Shown here: positions 9,263-17,739 of the stretch, in pieces
Layout: every line of letters starts with the position of its first letter
Numbering within the stretch: position 1 is the stretch's first letter
From: an uncultured virus (IMG/VR IMGVR_UViG_3300030102_002720)
Lineage: Duplodnaviria; Heunggongvirae; Uroviricota; Caudoviricetes
DNA length: 20,000 nucleotides
Virus record (IMG/VR): IMGVR_UViG_3300030102_002720
Coordinates: 48,439 to 68,438 of that record
Strand: one strand, 5' to 3'
The notes under the pieces: generated by a model
What the model saw: the letters and a program-made list of their open reading frames with translations, nothing else
What the model was told of the DNA's origin: nothing
Database searches by the model: none
Made by a program: the position numbers and the translations under genes

Positions 9263-10753
9263 ATGGCTTTTAGTACCACAAATGACCCATCGGCATATTT
9301 TCAACAATTAACTTACACTGGTAATGGAAGTGCTTCTTCTCGATCTTTAGTAAATACTGGTAATTCAAATTTGCGACCAGATTGGTTATGGATAAAAGTT
9401 AGGTCTACCACTGATAACCACATGGCTTTAGATTCAGTAAGAGGCAATGATAAACAATTAAAAATTAATGAAAATCACGCTGAGGATACAACTTCTCATT
9501 TAGCAAGTTTTAATACAGATGGTTTTAATTTAACAAGCACTGATCAAGCATATAATGCAAACTCTGCTTCTTATGTAGCATGGCAATGGGCTGCGGGCGG
9601 TGCATCACCTACTAAAACGTATAAAGTAGTTGTTGTTTCTGATAGCGGTAATAAATATAGATTTAGAAATTCTAGTGACACAACAACATTTGCACAAAGT
9701 GCAGTAACTTTAGATTTACAAGAAGGGGGTACTTATACCTTTGATGTATCTGATAACACTGTTGATAGTCATCCTTTTGTAATTGGAACTTCCGCAAACA
9801 GTAATGAATATAGCACTGGAGTAGTTTATAAATTAGATGGTGTTACAAAAACTTATTCTCAATATACTTCAGGGTTTTCTGCGGCAACTACAAGGCAATT
9901 AATTATTACTGTAGCTGCTTCAGCACCTACTTTGTATTATTGGTGTAGTGTACACTCAGGTATGGGTGGACAAATAAATACAAATTCTACTTTTGGCTCT
10001 ACTAATTTTGATGGTAGTAGGTTAACAAACGTAAGTGTAAACACAGCTTCTGGATTTTCAATCTTTACATATACTTCTGGTAATGGTGATTATTCTTATG
10101 GTCATGGATTAGGTCAAAAACCAAGAGCATTTATCGTTAAAGATAGAGCTTCAACTGGTAACTGGAGAGTATTTATTCAAGGATCACAACGAGGTAGTTC
10201 TTATGGAAATCTTCAAGCAGGTGGTAAATTAAATCACGATGGCGTATTTGATCAAGGTGCAAACTCTTTATGGAATGGAGGATCATTTACAGATACAACT
10301 GATTCAGTTCTTTATATGGGAACAAGCACCGACACAGGCGGTGGAACTAATGCTAAAGTTTGTTATGCTTTTGCAGAAAAACAAGGATTTAGTAAGTTTG
10401 GAAACTATCAAGGCACAGGTGCTGCGGATGGTAATTTTATTTACTGTGGTTTTAAACCTCAATGGGTAATGGTAAAAAAGACATATGGCGGAAGTCACTC
10501 TTGGCAAATACAATTTTCATCAGGAAATCCTACATCTGATGGCACAACAGGTGGCAACCCTGTAGCTAAAACATTATTAGCTAACACAAATGGTGCGGAA
10601 GCATCAGAAAATGCAATGGATTTTTGTGCAACTGGTTTCAAAATTAGAACAACTGGTAATGGTCATAATACAAATGGTGATTATTATTCTTACATGGCTT
10701 TTGCAAAGCAGCCACTTGTAGCAACTAACGATGTAATAGCAACGGCGAGATAA
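9263..10753 (+). CDS. Cassette 2 gene C with inserted cupredoxin-like domain
   Basis: Start revised from TTG 9251 to ATG 9263 (GGAGG at 9253-9257; MAFSTTNDPSAYF aligns with the paralogs' starts). About 130 extra aa at 9608-9994 contain HPF and YYWCSVHSGMGG. Confidence 0.75.
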   Translation: MAFSTTNDPSAYFQQLTYTGNGSASSRSLVNTGNSNLRPDWLWIKVRSTTDNHMALDSVRGNDKQLKINENHAEDTTSHLASFNTDGFNLTSTDQAYNANSASYVAWQWAAGGASPTKTYKVVVVSDSGNKYRFRNSSDTTTFAQSAVTLDLQEGGTYTFDVSDNTVDSHPFVIGTSANSNEYSTGVVYKLDGVTKTYSQYTSGFSAATTRQLIITVAASAPTLYYWCSVHSGMGGQINTNSTFGSTNFDGSRLTNVSVNTASGFSIFTYTSGNGDYSYGHGLGQKPRAFIVKDRASTGNWRVFIQGSQRGSSYGNLQAGGKLNHDGVFDQGANSLWNGGSFTDTTDSVLYMGTSTDTGGGTNAKVCYAFAEKQGFSKFGNYQGTGAADGNFIYCGFKPQWVMVKKTYGGSHSWQIQFSSGNPTSDGTTGGNPVAKTLLANTNGAEASENAMDFCATGFKIRTTGNGHNTNGDYYSYMAFAKQPLVATNDVIATAR

Positions 10754-11595
10754 TGTCAGAAATCAAAGTTAATGCCATAAAAAAACGTAACGGTAGTTCG
10801 ATCACTATTGGTGAATCGGGTGATACTATTACGATAACAGGTGGCGCAGCTTTATCTGGTTCTGGTGCATCTCTTACAGCTTTAAATGGTAGTAATGTTG
10901 CATCTGGAACTGTAGCAAATGCTCGTCTAGTAGGTAGTGGTTCAATAACAATAAATGGATCAGCAGTAGCTCTTGGTGGTTCTGTTACTATTGGAGAAAC
11001 AAAACCGACAATTACTGGTGTAACACCAAGCACAATAGATAATACAGCAACTAACGTTGTCATAGCTGGTACAAACTTTGTATCGGTCCCGCAAGTAGAA
11101 GCTATTTCTTCTACGGGAGCTATTACAGCAGCCAATACTGTAACATTTACAAGCGCTACATCTATTACGGCTAATTTTACACTGGCAACAGATGGTGTTT
11201 ATTTTATTCGTGTAGAAAATAATGATGGTAATGCGGTAAGATCTGGTGCAATATTAACAGTATCTGATGCACCGACATGGACTACAGGAGCTGGTTCTCT
11301 TGGAACTATCGCAGGTAATTTTTCGGGTACGGTTGCAACAGTGGCAGCTACTGGAGACAGCACTTTAGCTTTTTCAGAAACAACAAATGTTTTAACAAAT
11401 GCAGGACAAGCAAATTGCTCGCTAAATTCAAGCACAGGTGTTATAACTACTACTGATTTTGGTGGATCGTCAACATCTGCTACAACGTATAACTTTACGC
11501 TTCGTGTCACTGATGCAGAAGGTCAGACAGCAGATCGTGCCTTTTCACTAACATCTAGTTTTGCACTAGAAGATTCAGGAAGGTTTGATGGCTGA
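10753..11595 (+). CDS. Cassette 3 gene A: IPT/TIG-like plus Ig-like domain virion protein
   Basis: 280 aa; paralog of A1 and A2 with a divergent last domain. Confidence 0.75.
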   Translation: MSEIKVNAIKKRNGSSITIGESGDTITITGGAALSGSGASLTALNGSNVASGTVANARLVGSGSITINGSAVALGGSVTIGETKPTITGVTPSTIDNTATNVVIAGTNFVSVPQVEAISSTGAITAANTVTFTSATSITANFTLATDGVYFIRVENNDGNAVRSGAILTVSDAPTWTTGAGSLGTIAGNFSGTVATVAATGDSTLAFSETTNVLTNAGQANCSLNSSTGVITTTDFGGSSTSATTYNFTLRVTDAEGQTADRAFSLTSSFALEDSGRFDG

Positions 11596-12982
11596 TACAT
11601 ATTTAACAAAAACATTTGCAAGTGCAGGCAACAGAAAAACGTTTACTTTTTCTGTTTGGTTAAAACAAGCATTTGGACTTACGTCAGGCAATAGTGTCAT
11701 ATTTAGTGCTGGCTCTGCTAGTAATACTTATTGTCAAATTAGAATGAAAAATGCAAATAACTATATCCAATTTGAAGATGAGCAAGGAGGTTCTGTAACA
11801 GCAACTCCTTATACAGATGCTTGGTTTAGAGATCCAACTGCTTGGAATCATCTTGTCGTAAGAGTAGATTCAACACAAAGCACTGCTGCTGACCGAGTAA
11901 GAATGTATATGAACGGCACTCAATTAACTATGAGTGGAGGAACTCAACCAGGTCAAAACCAAGATTTTATAATCAACAACAATACTGGTCATGCTTTAGG
12001 AACGTTATGGAGAGGTAGTGATTCTGGAGGACATTGGAGCGGACACATGGCACAAGCTATATTCTGTGATGGTCAATCTTTAGCTCCAACATCTTTCGGG
12101 TCAACTAATTCAGATGGTGTTTGGATTCCTAATTCTGGTCCATCAGTTACTTACGGAACTAATGGTTTTAAAATTGATTTTAAGGGAACTGGGGCAAGTG
12201 CTGACACTAGTGGTTTTGGTGCTGACAGCAGTGGTAACAGTAATCATTTTGCAACTACAAACATAGGAACAAATCCATCGTCAAAAGATTCTCCAGAAAA
12301 TAATTTTGCTACTTGGAATGCTCTTGGAAGTAATGCTTCTTCTATAACAGAAGGTGGTCTTAGAATGGTAGGCGATACAGGAACTAGTTATAGTTTAGGA
12401 GCTTGTTCTTCGATAGCTTTTCAAAAAGGTAAATGGTATGCAGAATTTAAAGTAGGTACATTTGACAATAACTATATAGGATTGTGTAAACAAGGTAATA
12501 TGCAGTCAAAAGACGCAGATTATCAGTATCAACTAGGTCAATTATTTTACAAAAGTAATGGAAATAAAGCATCGGGAGATGGAGCAGGAAATTTTGGTGC
12601 TGACACTTCTTATGGTGCTAGTTACACTTCAGGAGACATCATAGGAGTAGCTGCAGACATGGATAATCTCAAATTATATTTTTCTAAAAACGGAACTTTT
12701 CAAGACTCAGGCAATCCTTCTTCTGGTTCTACAGGAACGGGAGCTGCTTTTACTAGTTCTACAATAAGTGGAGCGGCAGGCAGTGATATAAAAGCAGATA
12801 CATTTTACAGTTTTTTCTCTGCAGGATACAACGATGGAATATGTCAAGCTAATTTTGGTAATCCATCTTTTACAATTAGCTCTAGTAATGCTGACGCAAA
12901 TGGATATGGTAGTTTTGAGTATGCAGTGCCGTCAGGGTACTATGCTCTTTGTACAAAAAATTTAGCACAATACGGAGGGTAA
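11588..12982 (+). CDS. Cassette 3 gene B: LamG-like plus SPRY-like domain protein
   Basis: ATG 11588 (MADTYLTKTF aligns with B1 MSTYLDKTF); FTFSVWLK, WNHLVVRVDS, GKWYAEF, DIIGVAAD, YAVPSGYYALCTKNL. Confidence 0.75.
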   Translation: MADTYLTKTFASAGNRKTFTFSVWLKQAFGLTSGNSVIFSAGSASNTYCQIRMKNANNYIQFEDEQGGSVTATPYTDAWFRDPTAWNHLVVRVDSTQSTAADRVRMYMNGTQLTMSGGTQPGQNQDFIINNNTGHALGTLWRGSDSGGHWSGHMAQAIFCDGQSLAPTSFGSTNSDGVWIPNSGPSVTYGTNGFKIDFKGTGASADTSGFGADSSGNSNHFATTNIGTNPSSKDSPENNFATWNALGSNASSITEGGLRMVGDTGTSYSLGACSSIAFQKGKWYAEFKVGTFDNNYIGLCKQGNMQSKDADYQYQLGQLFYKSNGNKASGDGAGNFGADTSYGASYTSGDIIGVAADMDNLKLYFSKNGTFQDSGNPSSGSTGTGAAFTSSTISGAAGSDIKADTFYSFFSAGYNDGICQANFGNPSFTISSSNADANGYGSFEYAVPSGYYALCTKNLAQYGG

Positions 12983-12983
12983 C

Positions 12984-14084
12984 GTGGCAGTATATACATC
13001 AATAAATGATCCATCAGTACATTTTCAAAACACACTTTATGTCGGTAATGGTAGTAATGCTCAAGACATAACAAACACAGGTAATGTTAATTTACAGCCA
13101 GATTTACTTTGGATTAAAAACAGAAGTTCAAATTCAAATACAATTTGGCAAGATTCAAGTAGAGGAATAAACAAACAGTTTTTTACTGACACCAACAATA
13201 GTGAATATACTGATGGTAACTGGGGACACGTTAACAGTGTTGCAACAGATGGTTTTCAAGTTGATGTAGGTAATAATACTTCTGAAGCAAATGCAAATAA
13301 AAATAGTGATAATTACATAGCATGGCAATGGAAAGGTAATGGTGGAACAAGTGCTAGCAATAGTAATGGCTCCATAACTTCTAGTGTTCAAGTTAATACA
13401 GCAGCAGGATTTAGCACTATTCTCTATACAGCTACTGGCTCTAATGCAACAATAGGACATGGATTATCACAAACGCCTGAACTTATAATAACTAAAGGTC
13501 GATCTGATAATCACTCTTGGATTGTTGGATGTACTCACGACAGTTCAGATTTGAGTAAAGTTTTTGTTATGAATGCTAATGATGCTAGTGTTACAGCTAC
13601 AGGTAATTATCGAGGTATAGCACCAACAAGCACTGTATATTCAATTGGAACTTCTGGAGGAAACAACAGCACAGGTGGTGGTGGTTTATATGTTGCTTAT
13701 GCTTTTCACTCAGTGCAGGGTTATAGTAATTTTGGTACCTATAAAGGTAATGGCGATGCAGATGGTCCATTTGTCTATACAGGTTTTAAACCTGCTTTTG
13801 TTTTAGTCAAAAGAACAGACAGCACTGGAAACTGGTACGTTTATGACACAGAAAGAAATGGTGCTAGTGGTCCTAACACTAACCAAGCACATAGAATTTT
13901 ATATGCAAATGATGCTTCAAGTGAAATTAATAATGTTGACAGAGGTATTGATATGGTTGCTAATGGTTTTAAAATAAGAAATACTTTAGGTGACACAAAT
14001 AACTCTAGTGGAACTTACATGTATTGGTCTTTTGCATCTAGTCCTTTTGTATCATCAGCAGGCATACCAACAACAGCGAGATAA
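12984..14084 (+). CDS. Cassette 3 gene C: tail-fibre-tip-like protein
   Basis: 366 aa; GTG start after GGAGG (12974-12978); paralog of C1 and C2. Confidence 0.7.
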   Translation: MAVYTSINDPSVHFQNTLYVGNGSNAQDITNTGNVNLQPDLLWIKNRSSNSNTIWQDSSRGINKQFFTDTNNSEYTDGNWGHVNSVATDGFQVDVGNNTSEANANKNSDNYIAWQWKGNGGTSASNSNGSITSSVQVNTAAGFSTILYTATGSNATIGHGLSQTPELIITKGRSDNHSWIVGCTHDSSDLSKVFVMNANDASVTATGNYRGIAPTSTVYSIGTSGGNNSTGGGGLYVAYAFHSVQGYSNFGTYKGNGDADGPFVYTGFKPAFVLVKRTDSTGNWYVYDTERNGASGPNTNQAHRILYANDASSEINNVDRGIDMVANGFKIRNTLGDTNNSSGTYMYWSFASSPFVSSAGIPTTAR

Positions 14085-14086
14085 AA

Positions 14087-16069
14087 ATGGGAATATTTGA
14101 TAATATAAAAAACGTCTTCTCTACTAAAAAAGTAGTTAAAGAAATTAAGCAAAGTCCAATAACTATGTTTAGTAATATAAACTATGCACAAGGACAAAAG
14201 TATAACTATGATGAGTTAGTAAAAGAAGGGTATGAAAATAATGCTATTGCTTTTAGATGTATAAATGAAATATCACAAGGTGCTGCTGGAGTAAAATTAA
14301 AATTATTTAGAGGTAAGTTAACTGTTGATGACCATCCTATATTAGACTTACTTGAAAGACCATCTCCGACCAAAGGTTATGTTGAGCTTTTTGAATCTTT
14401 ATATTCTTTCTTATTACTTTCTGGTAATAGTTATTTGATTGGCTCTGGTGGTGAAGGACCACCAAAAGAATTATATTGTTTAAGACCTGACAGAGTTAAA
14501 ATAGTTCCAGGACAAATGAGCTTACCATTAAGTTATGATTATACAATAAATGGTAAAGTAGTTTCTCAATATGAGGTAGACCAAACAACAGGTGAATCTG
14601 CAGTAAAACATTTTAAATTATTTCATCCTAAACATGACCATTTAGGATTATCACCATTAGTTTCAGCTGCAACTAATATTGATAGTCATAATTTAACTAA
14701 TATTCATAATGTATCATTATTACAAAATGGAGCTAGACCTAGTGGTGCTGTTATATTTAAACCTAAAGATGAAACTGGATCTAGTGTTCAGCTATCAGAT
14801 TCACAAAGAGCACAAATTATAAAAGATATGGAAAGTCGTTTTGCTGGTACAGGTAATGCTGGAAGACCTATGTTGTTAGAGGGTGATTTTAGTTTTCAAC
14901 AAATGGGTATGTCACCTAAAGATATGGATTTTTCAGTATTGAAAAAGATGTCAGCAATAGATATAGCATTATGTTTTGGTGTTCCTGCACAGTTAGTAGG
15001 TATTCCTGATGCACAAACTTATAACAATATGCCAGAAGCAAGACTTGCACTTTATGAAGAAACAATTATACCTATATTAAGAAGAATACAATCTGATTTG
15101 AATGAGTGGCTAACTCCTAAATTTGGTGATGGCTTACGATTAGAGTATGATATTGATAGCATACCAGCTATGGCTGAGAGTCGTAAAAGAGTATTTGAAT
15201 CAGTAGTAAGTGGAGTAAATGCAGGTATTTTAACTAGAAATGAAGCTAGAGAGAAACTTGGTTTTGATCCAATAAAAGGAGGAGATGCTTTATTTATACC
15301 AGCAACTATGATGCCAATAGGACTTATGGGTGAGAGTGTAGATGAAGATGAAGACGAGAAAAATTTAGAACTAACTGATGATTATCCAGTACAGGATGAT
15401 ATAGAGGAGAATGATATGCCAAAATTAAATAAAGCTATTGATTTAAAACCAACTGATTCAATGGCAAATGAAGCAAGAAAAGGATTAGAGTGGAGAAGAG
15501 AGTTTGGTCGTGGTGGCACTATGGTTGGAGTAGCAAGAGCAAGACAACTAGCAAACAGACAAAACTTATCTCCAAGTACAGTTAAAAGGATGTTTTCATT
15601 TTTTAGTAGGCATGAAGTTGATAAAAGGGCACAAGGTTTTCGTCCAGGAGAAAAAGGATATCCAAGCAATGGTAGGATAGCTTGGGCACTATGGGGTGGC
15701 GATCCAGGATTTAGTTGGGCTCGTAGAAAAGTAAACCAAATAAAAAAGGATATAGAGGAAGACTTAGAAGAAAAGCAAATAACAGCTGCAGTAAAAGAAG
15801 GACTTAAAAATAAAGTAAAAGACCATAATGAAAAGCATGGTGATAAAAAAGGCAAAAGGGTAACATTAAGAATGTTATCAGCTGTATTTAGAAGAGGTAT
15901 TGGTGCATATAGAACTAACCCACAATCTGTAAGACCTAATGTAAGAAGTGAGGAACAATGGGCATATGCTAGAGTTAATGCATTTTTATTTGCTGTAAGA
16001 ACAGGAAGATATCGATCAGGACAGTTCGATAAAGATTTACTTCCTTCTGGTCATCCATTAAAAAGTTAG
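14087..16069 (+). CDS. HK97-family (RcGTA-like) portal protein with ~245-aa C-terminal extension
   Basis: LLxxP, GNSY, LRPDRV, GLSPL, NGARPSGA, NAGRPMLLEG, IALCFGVP, TRNEARxxLG motifs in the first ~415 aa, then an acidic linker and two extra domains. Confidence 0.93.
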   Translation: MGIFDNIKNVFSTKKVVKEIKQSPITMFSNINYAQGQKYNYDELVKEGYENNAIAFRCINEISQGAAGVKLKLFRGKLTVDDHPILDLLERPSPTKGYVELFESLYSFLLLSGNSYLIGSGGEGPPKELYCLRPDRVKIVPGQMSLPLSYDYTINGKVVSQYEVDQTTGESAVKHFKLFHPKHDHLGLSPLVSAATNIDSHNLTNIHNVSLLQNGARPSGAVIFKPKDETGSSVQLSDSQRAQIIKDMESRFAGTGNAGRPMLLEGDFSFQQMGMSPKDMDFSVLKKMSAIDIALCFGVPAQLVGIPDAQTYNNMPEARLALYEETIIPILRRIQSDLNEWLTPKFGDGLRLEYDIDSIPAMAESRKRVFESVVSGVNAGILTRNEAREKLGFDPIKGGDALFIPATMMPIGLMGESVDEDEDEKNLELTDDYPVQDDIEENDMPKLNKAIDLKPTDSMANEARKGLEWRREFGRGGTMVGVARARQLANRQNLSPSTVKRMFSFFSRHEVDKRAQGFRPGEKGYPSNGRIAWALWGGDPGFSWARRKVNQIKKDIEEDLEEKQITAAVKEGLKNKVKDHNEKHGDKKGKRVTLRMLSAVFRRGIGAYRTNPQSVRPNVRSEEQWAYARVNAFLFAVRTGRYRSGQFDKDLLPSGHPLKS

Positions 16070-16070
16070 T

Positions 16071-16268
16071 ATGGAAGAAAATATATTAGTAACAACAGTT
16101 CTAACAGTAGAAGCTGATAAGAAAGGAACTTACAGAATAGTTCTTACTGTTGGTGATTTCCCAACTAGGAAAACTGCAGGGATTTATGCTTCTGAACTAT
16201 TAGGTGCTAAAGATGCAATAATGCAAGATAATCAAGATATGATTATAGACAAAAGGAAACTAAACTAA
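16071..16268 (+). CDS. Small hypothetical protein
   Basis: 65 aa, 1 nt after the portal stop and TAATG-coupled to the next gene. Confidence 0.65.
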   Translation: MEENILVTTVLTVEADKKGTYRIVLTVGDFPTRKTAGIYASELLGAKDAIMQDNQDMIIDKRKLN

Positions 16269-16930
16269 TGGCTGGTTTAAAAATTATAACACAAAGCAAT
16301 ATTTTACCTGTAACTGTTACAGAGTTAAAACAAACATTAAGGATAGACCCAGATAATTTTGACCAAGATGCTGAACTATCTATGATGTTAAAGTCATCAA
16401 TTAAAACTTTAGAAGAGTACACTGGCAGATCCTTTATAACTAAAACTTATGATTTAGCTTTAGACACAATACCTTACTATCAAGGAGACAGATTGATAGA
16501 AGGATTTAGCACAGGTGCTTTTATGGACAATACAGCTAATGAGATAGTTTTTCCTAAATCTCCATTAGTTTCTGTTGCTAGTTTTAAATATTATAATGAC
16601 TCTGATGTAGAATCTACTTTTGCATCAAGTAATTATTATGTTGATAATCATTCAGAGCCACCAAGATTAGTTTTAAGAAGGAGTCAAACTTTTCCTGATG
16701 TAGCTAGTTTAAGAGTTGCTAATGCTTTTATAATAAGGTTTGATGCTGGTTATGGTGCAGCTGCAAAAGACGTTCCTGAAACTATAAAACAAGCTATAAA
16801 TTTATACACATCACATTTGTATGAAAACAGAGAGTTGTTTATTCAACAAAAGCAATTACCTGTTCCTATGACATTGGGAACTTTATTACAACCATATAGA
16901 GTTATTAGGTTTGGGAGTAAACTTGGATAA
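16268..16930 (+). CDS. Head-tail connector (HK97 gp6 / SPP1 gp15-like, long GTA-type form)
   Basis: PVTVTELKQTLRID, EEYTGRSFIT, AGYG..VPETIKQAI..HLYENR..LLQPYR motifs. Confidence 0.88.
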   Translation: MAGLKIITQSNILPVTVTELKQTLRIDPDNFDQDAELSMMLKSSIKTLEEYTGRSFITKTYDLALDTIPYYQGDRLIEGFSTGAFMDNTANEIVFPKSPLVSVASFKYYNDSDVESTFASSNYYVDNHSEPPRLVLRRSQTFPDVASLRVANAFIIRFDAGYGAAAKDVPETIKQAINLYTSHLYENRELFIQQKQLPVPMTLGTLLQPYRVIRFGSKLG

Positions 16931-17287
16931 TGAAAGAGAAACCAAAAGTTGGAGACCTAAGACATCTTATCGACATACAAAACTCTACTAACACGAGTGA
17001 TGGTGCTGGTGGCTTTACTCAAAGCTACAGTACAATAGCTAGTGTTTATGCATCAATAACTCCAAAAAGAGGAAACGAAAGATATAGTGAGGGAGCTGCA
17101 GGTATGCAGATTGAAAATCCTGTAACACATGATATATTTATACGATATAGAGACGACATAACTATAGNNNNNNNNNNCAAGTAAAATAGTATTTGGTGAA
17201 AGAAATTTTAACATAAGGTCAATACTTAATTTAGAAGAAAAAGATAGATTTTACAAAATAGAAGTAGAGGAAAATGTAGCTGTATGA
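16930..17287 (+). CDS. Head-closure / head-tail adaptor (SPP1 gp16-like), spanning an N gap
   Basis: GDLRHLIDIQ..DGAGG..THDIFIRYR before the gap; after it another frame reads SKIVFGERNFNIRSILNLEEKDRFYKIEVEENVAV* (TGA 17285-17287, ATGA overlap with the next gene). Confidence 0.85.
17168..17177. other. Assembly/scaffold gap (10 N)
   Basis: Run of N; restoring the head-closure frame requires a true gap length that is a multiple of 3. Confidence 0.98.
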
Positions 17288-17739
17288 CGCAGATAAAAGC
17301 AACTGTCGTTGGATCTCTTAATGTTGAAGCTAACATAAGTAAATTTACAAAAGAAAGTAAACAACTTTTAAAGCAAGCTGTTTTTAAAGGTGTAGCAGAT
17401 GTTGAAAAGGATGCTAAAACATCAATACAAAGAGGTGGTAAGTCTGGTTTTGTTTATCAAAGATATAATCCAAGAAGAACACATCAGTCATCAGCTCCTG
17501 GACAAGCACCAGCATCAGATACTGGTTTTTTAGTAAACAGTATAAAAAGGAAGATGGATGGTGATGGCTTTGGTGGTGAGATAGCAAGTCGTGCATTTTA
17601 TAGTAAGTTTTTAGAGTTTGGCACAGTTAAAATGTTACCAAGACCTTTTATGTTTCCAGCTCTTGAGAAAAATAGAAAAAAGATTACACAGAGATTAAAA
17701 CAAGTTATAAAATCAGCAACAATGAAACCAAGGAAGTAA
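17284..17739 (+). CDS. HK97 gp10-like tail component
   Basis: SAPGQAPASDTGFLVNSI and YSKFLEFGTVKMLPRPFMFPA motifs. Confidence 0.88.
   Translation: MTQIKATVVGSLNVEANISKFTKESKQLLKQAVFKGVADVEKDAKTSIQRGGKSGFVYQRYNPRRTHQSSAPGQAPASDTGFLVNSIKRKMDGDGFGGEIASRAFYSKFLEFGTVKMLPRPFMFPALEKNRKKITQRLKQVIKSATMKPRK

Larger units (their letters stand above)
3792..14084 (+). repeat. Tandem triplication of a three-gene (A-B-C) fibre/receptor-binding-like cassette; units 3792-7116, 7118-10753, 10753-14084
   Basis: Same gene order three times with shared motifs: A (ITINGSAVxLGGS, NFVSVP, DGNAV, TYNFT..TDAxGQTA), B (YGTNGF, GKWYxE, YYALCTKNL), C (NDPSxxFQ, PDxxW, AWQW, GHGL, GFKP, ending AR). Confidence 0.95.

Noticed and set aside
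3792..14084. Diversity-generating retroelement or invertase shufflon acting on the fibre genes
   Set aside because: No reverse transcriptase or recombinase in the window, all cassettes are co-oriented and complete, and I saw no ~100-bp near-identical pair with adenine-specific differences; only short anchors match.
16930..17287. Head-closure gene as a truncated or frameshifted pseudogene
   Set aside because: The frame break coincides with the 10-N placeholder, and both sides encode the expected halves.
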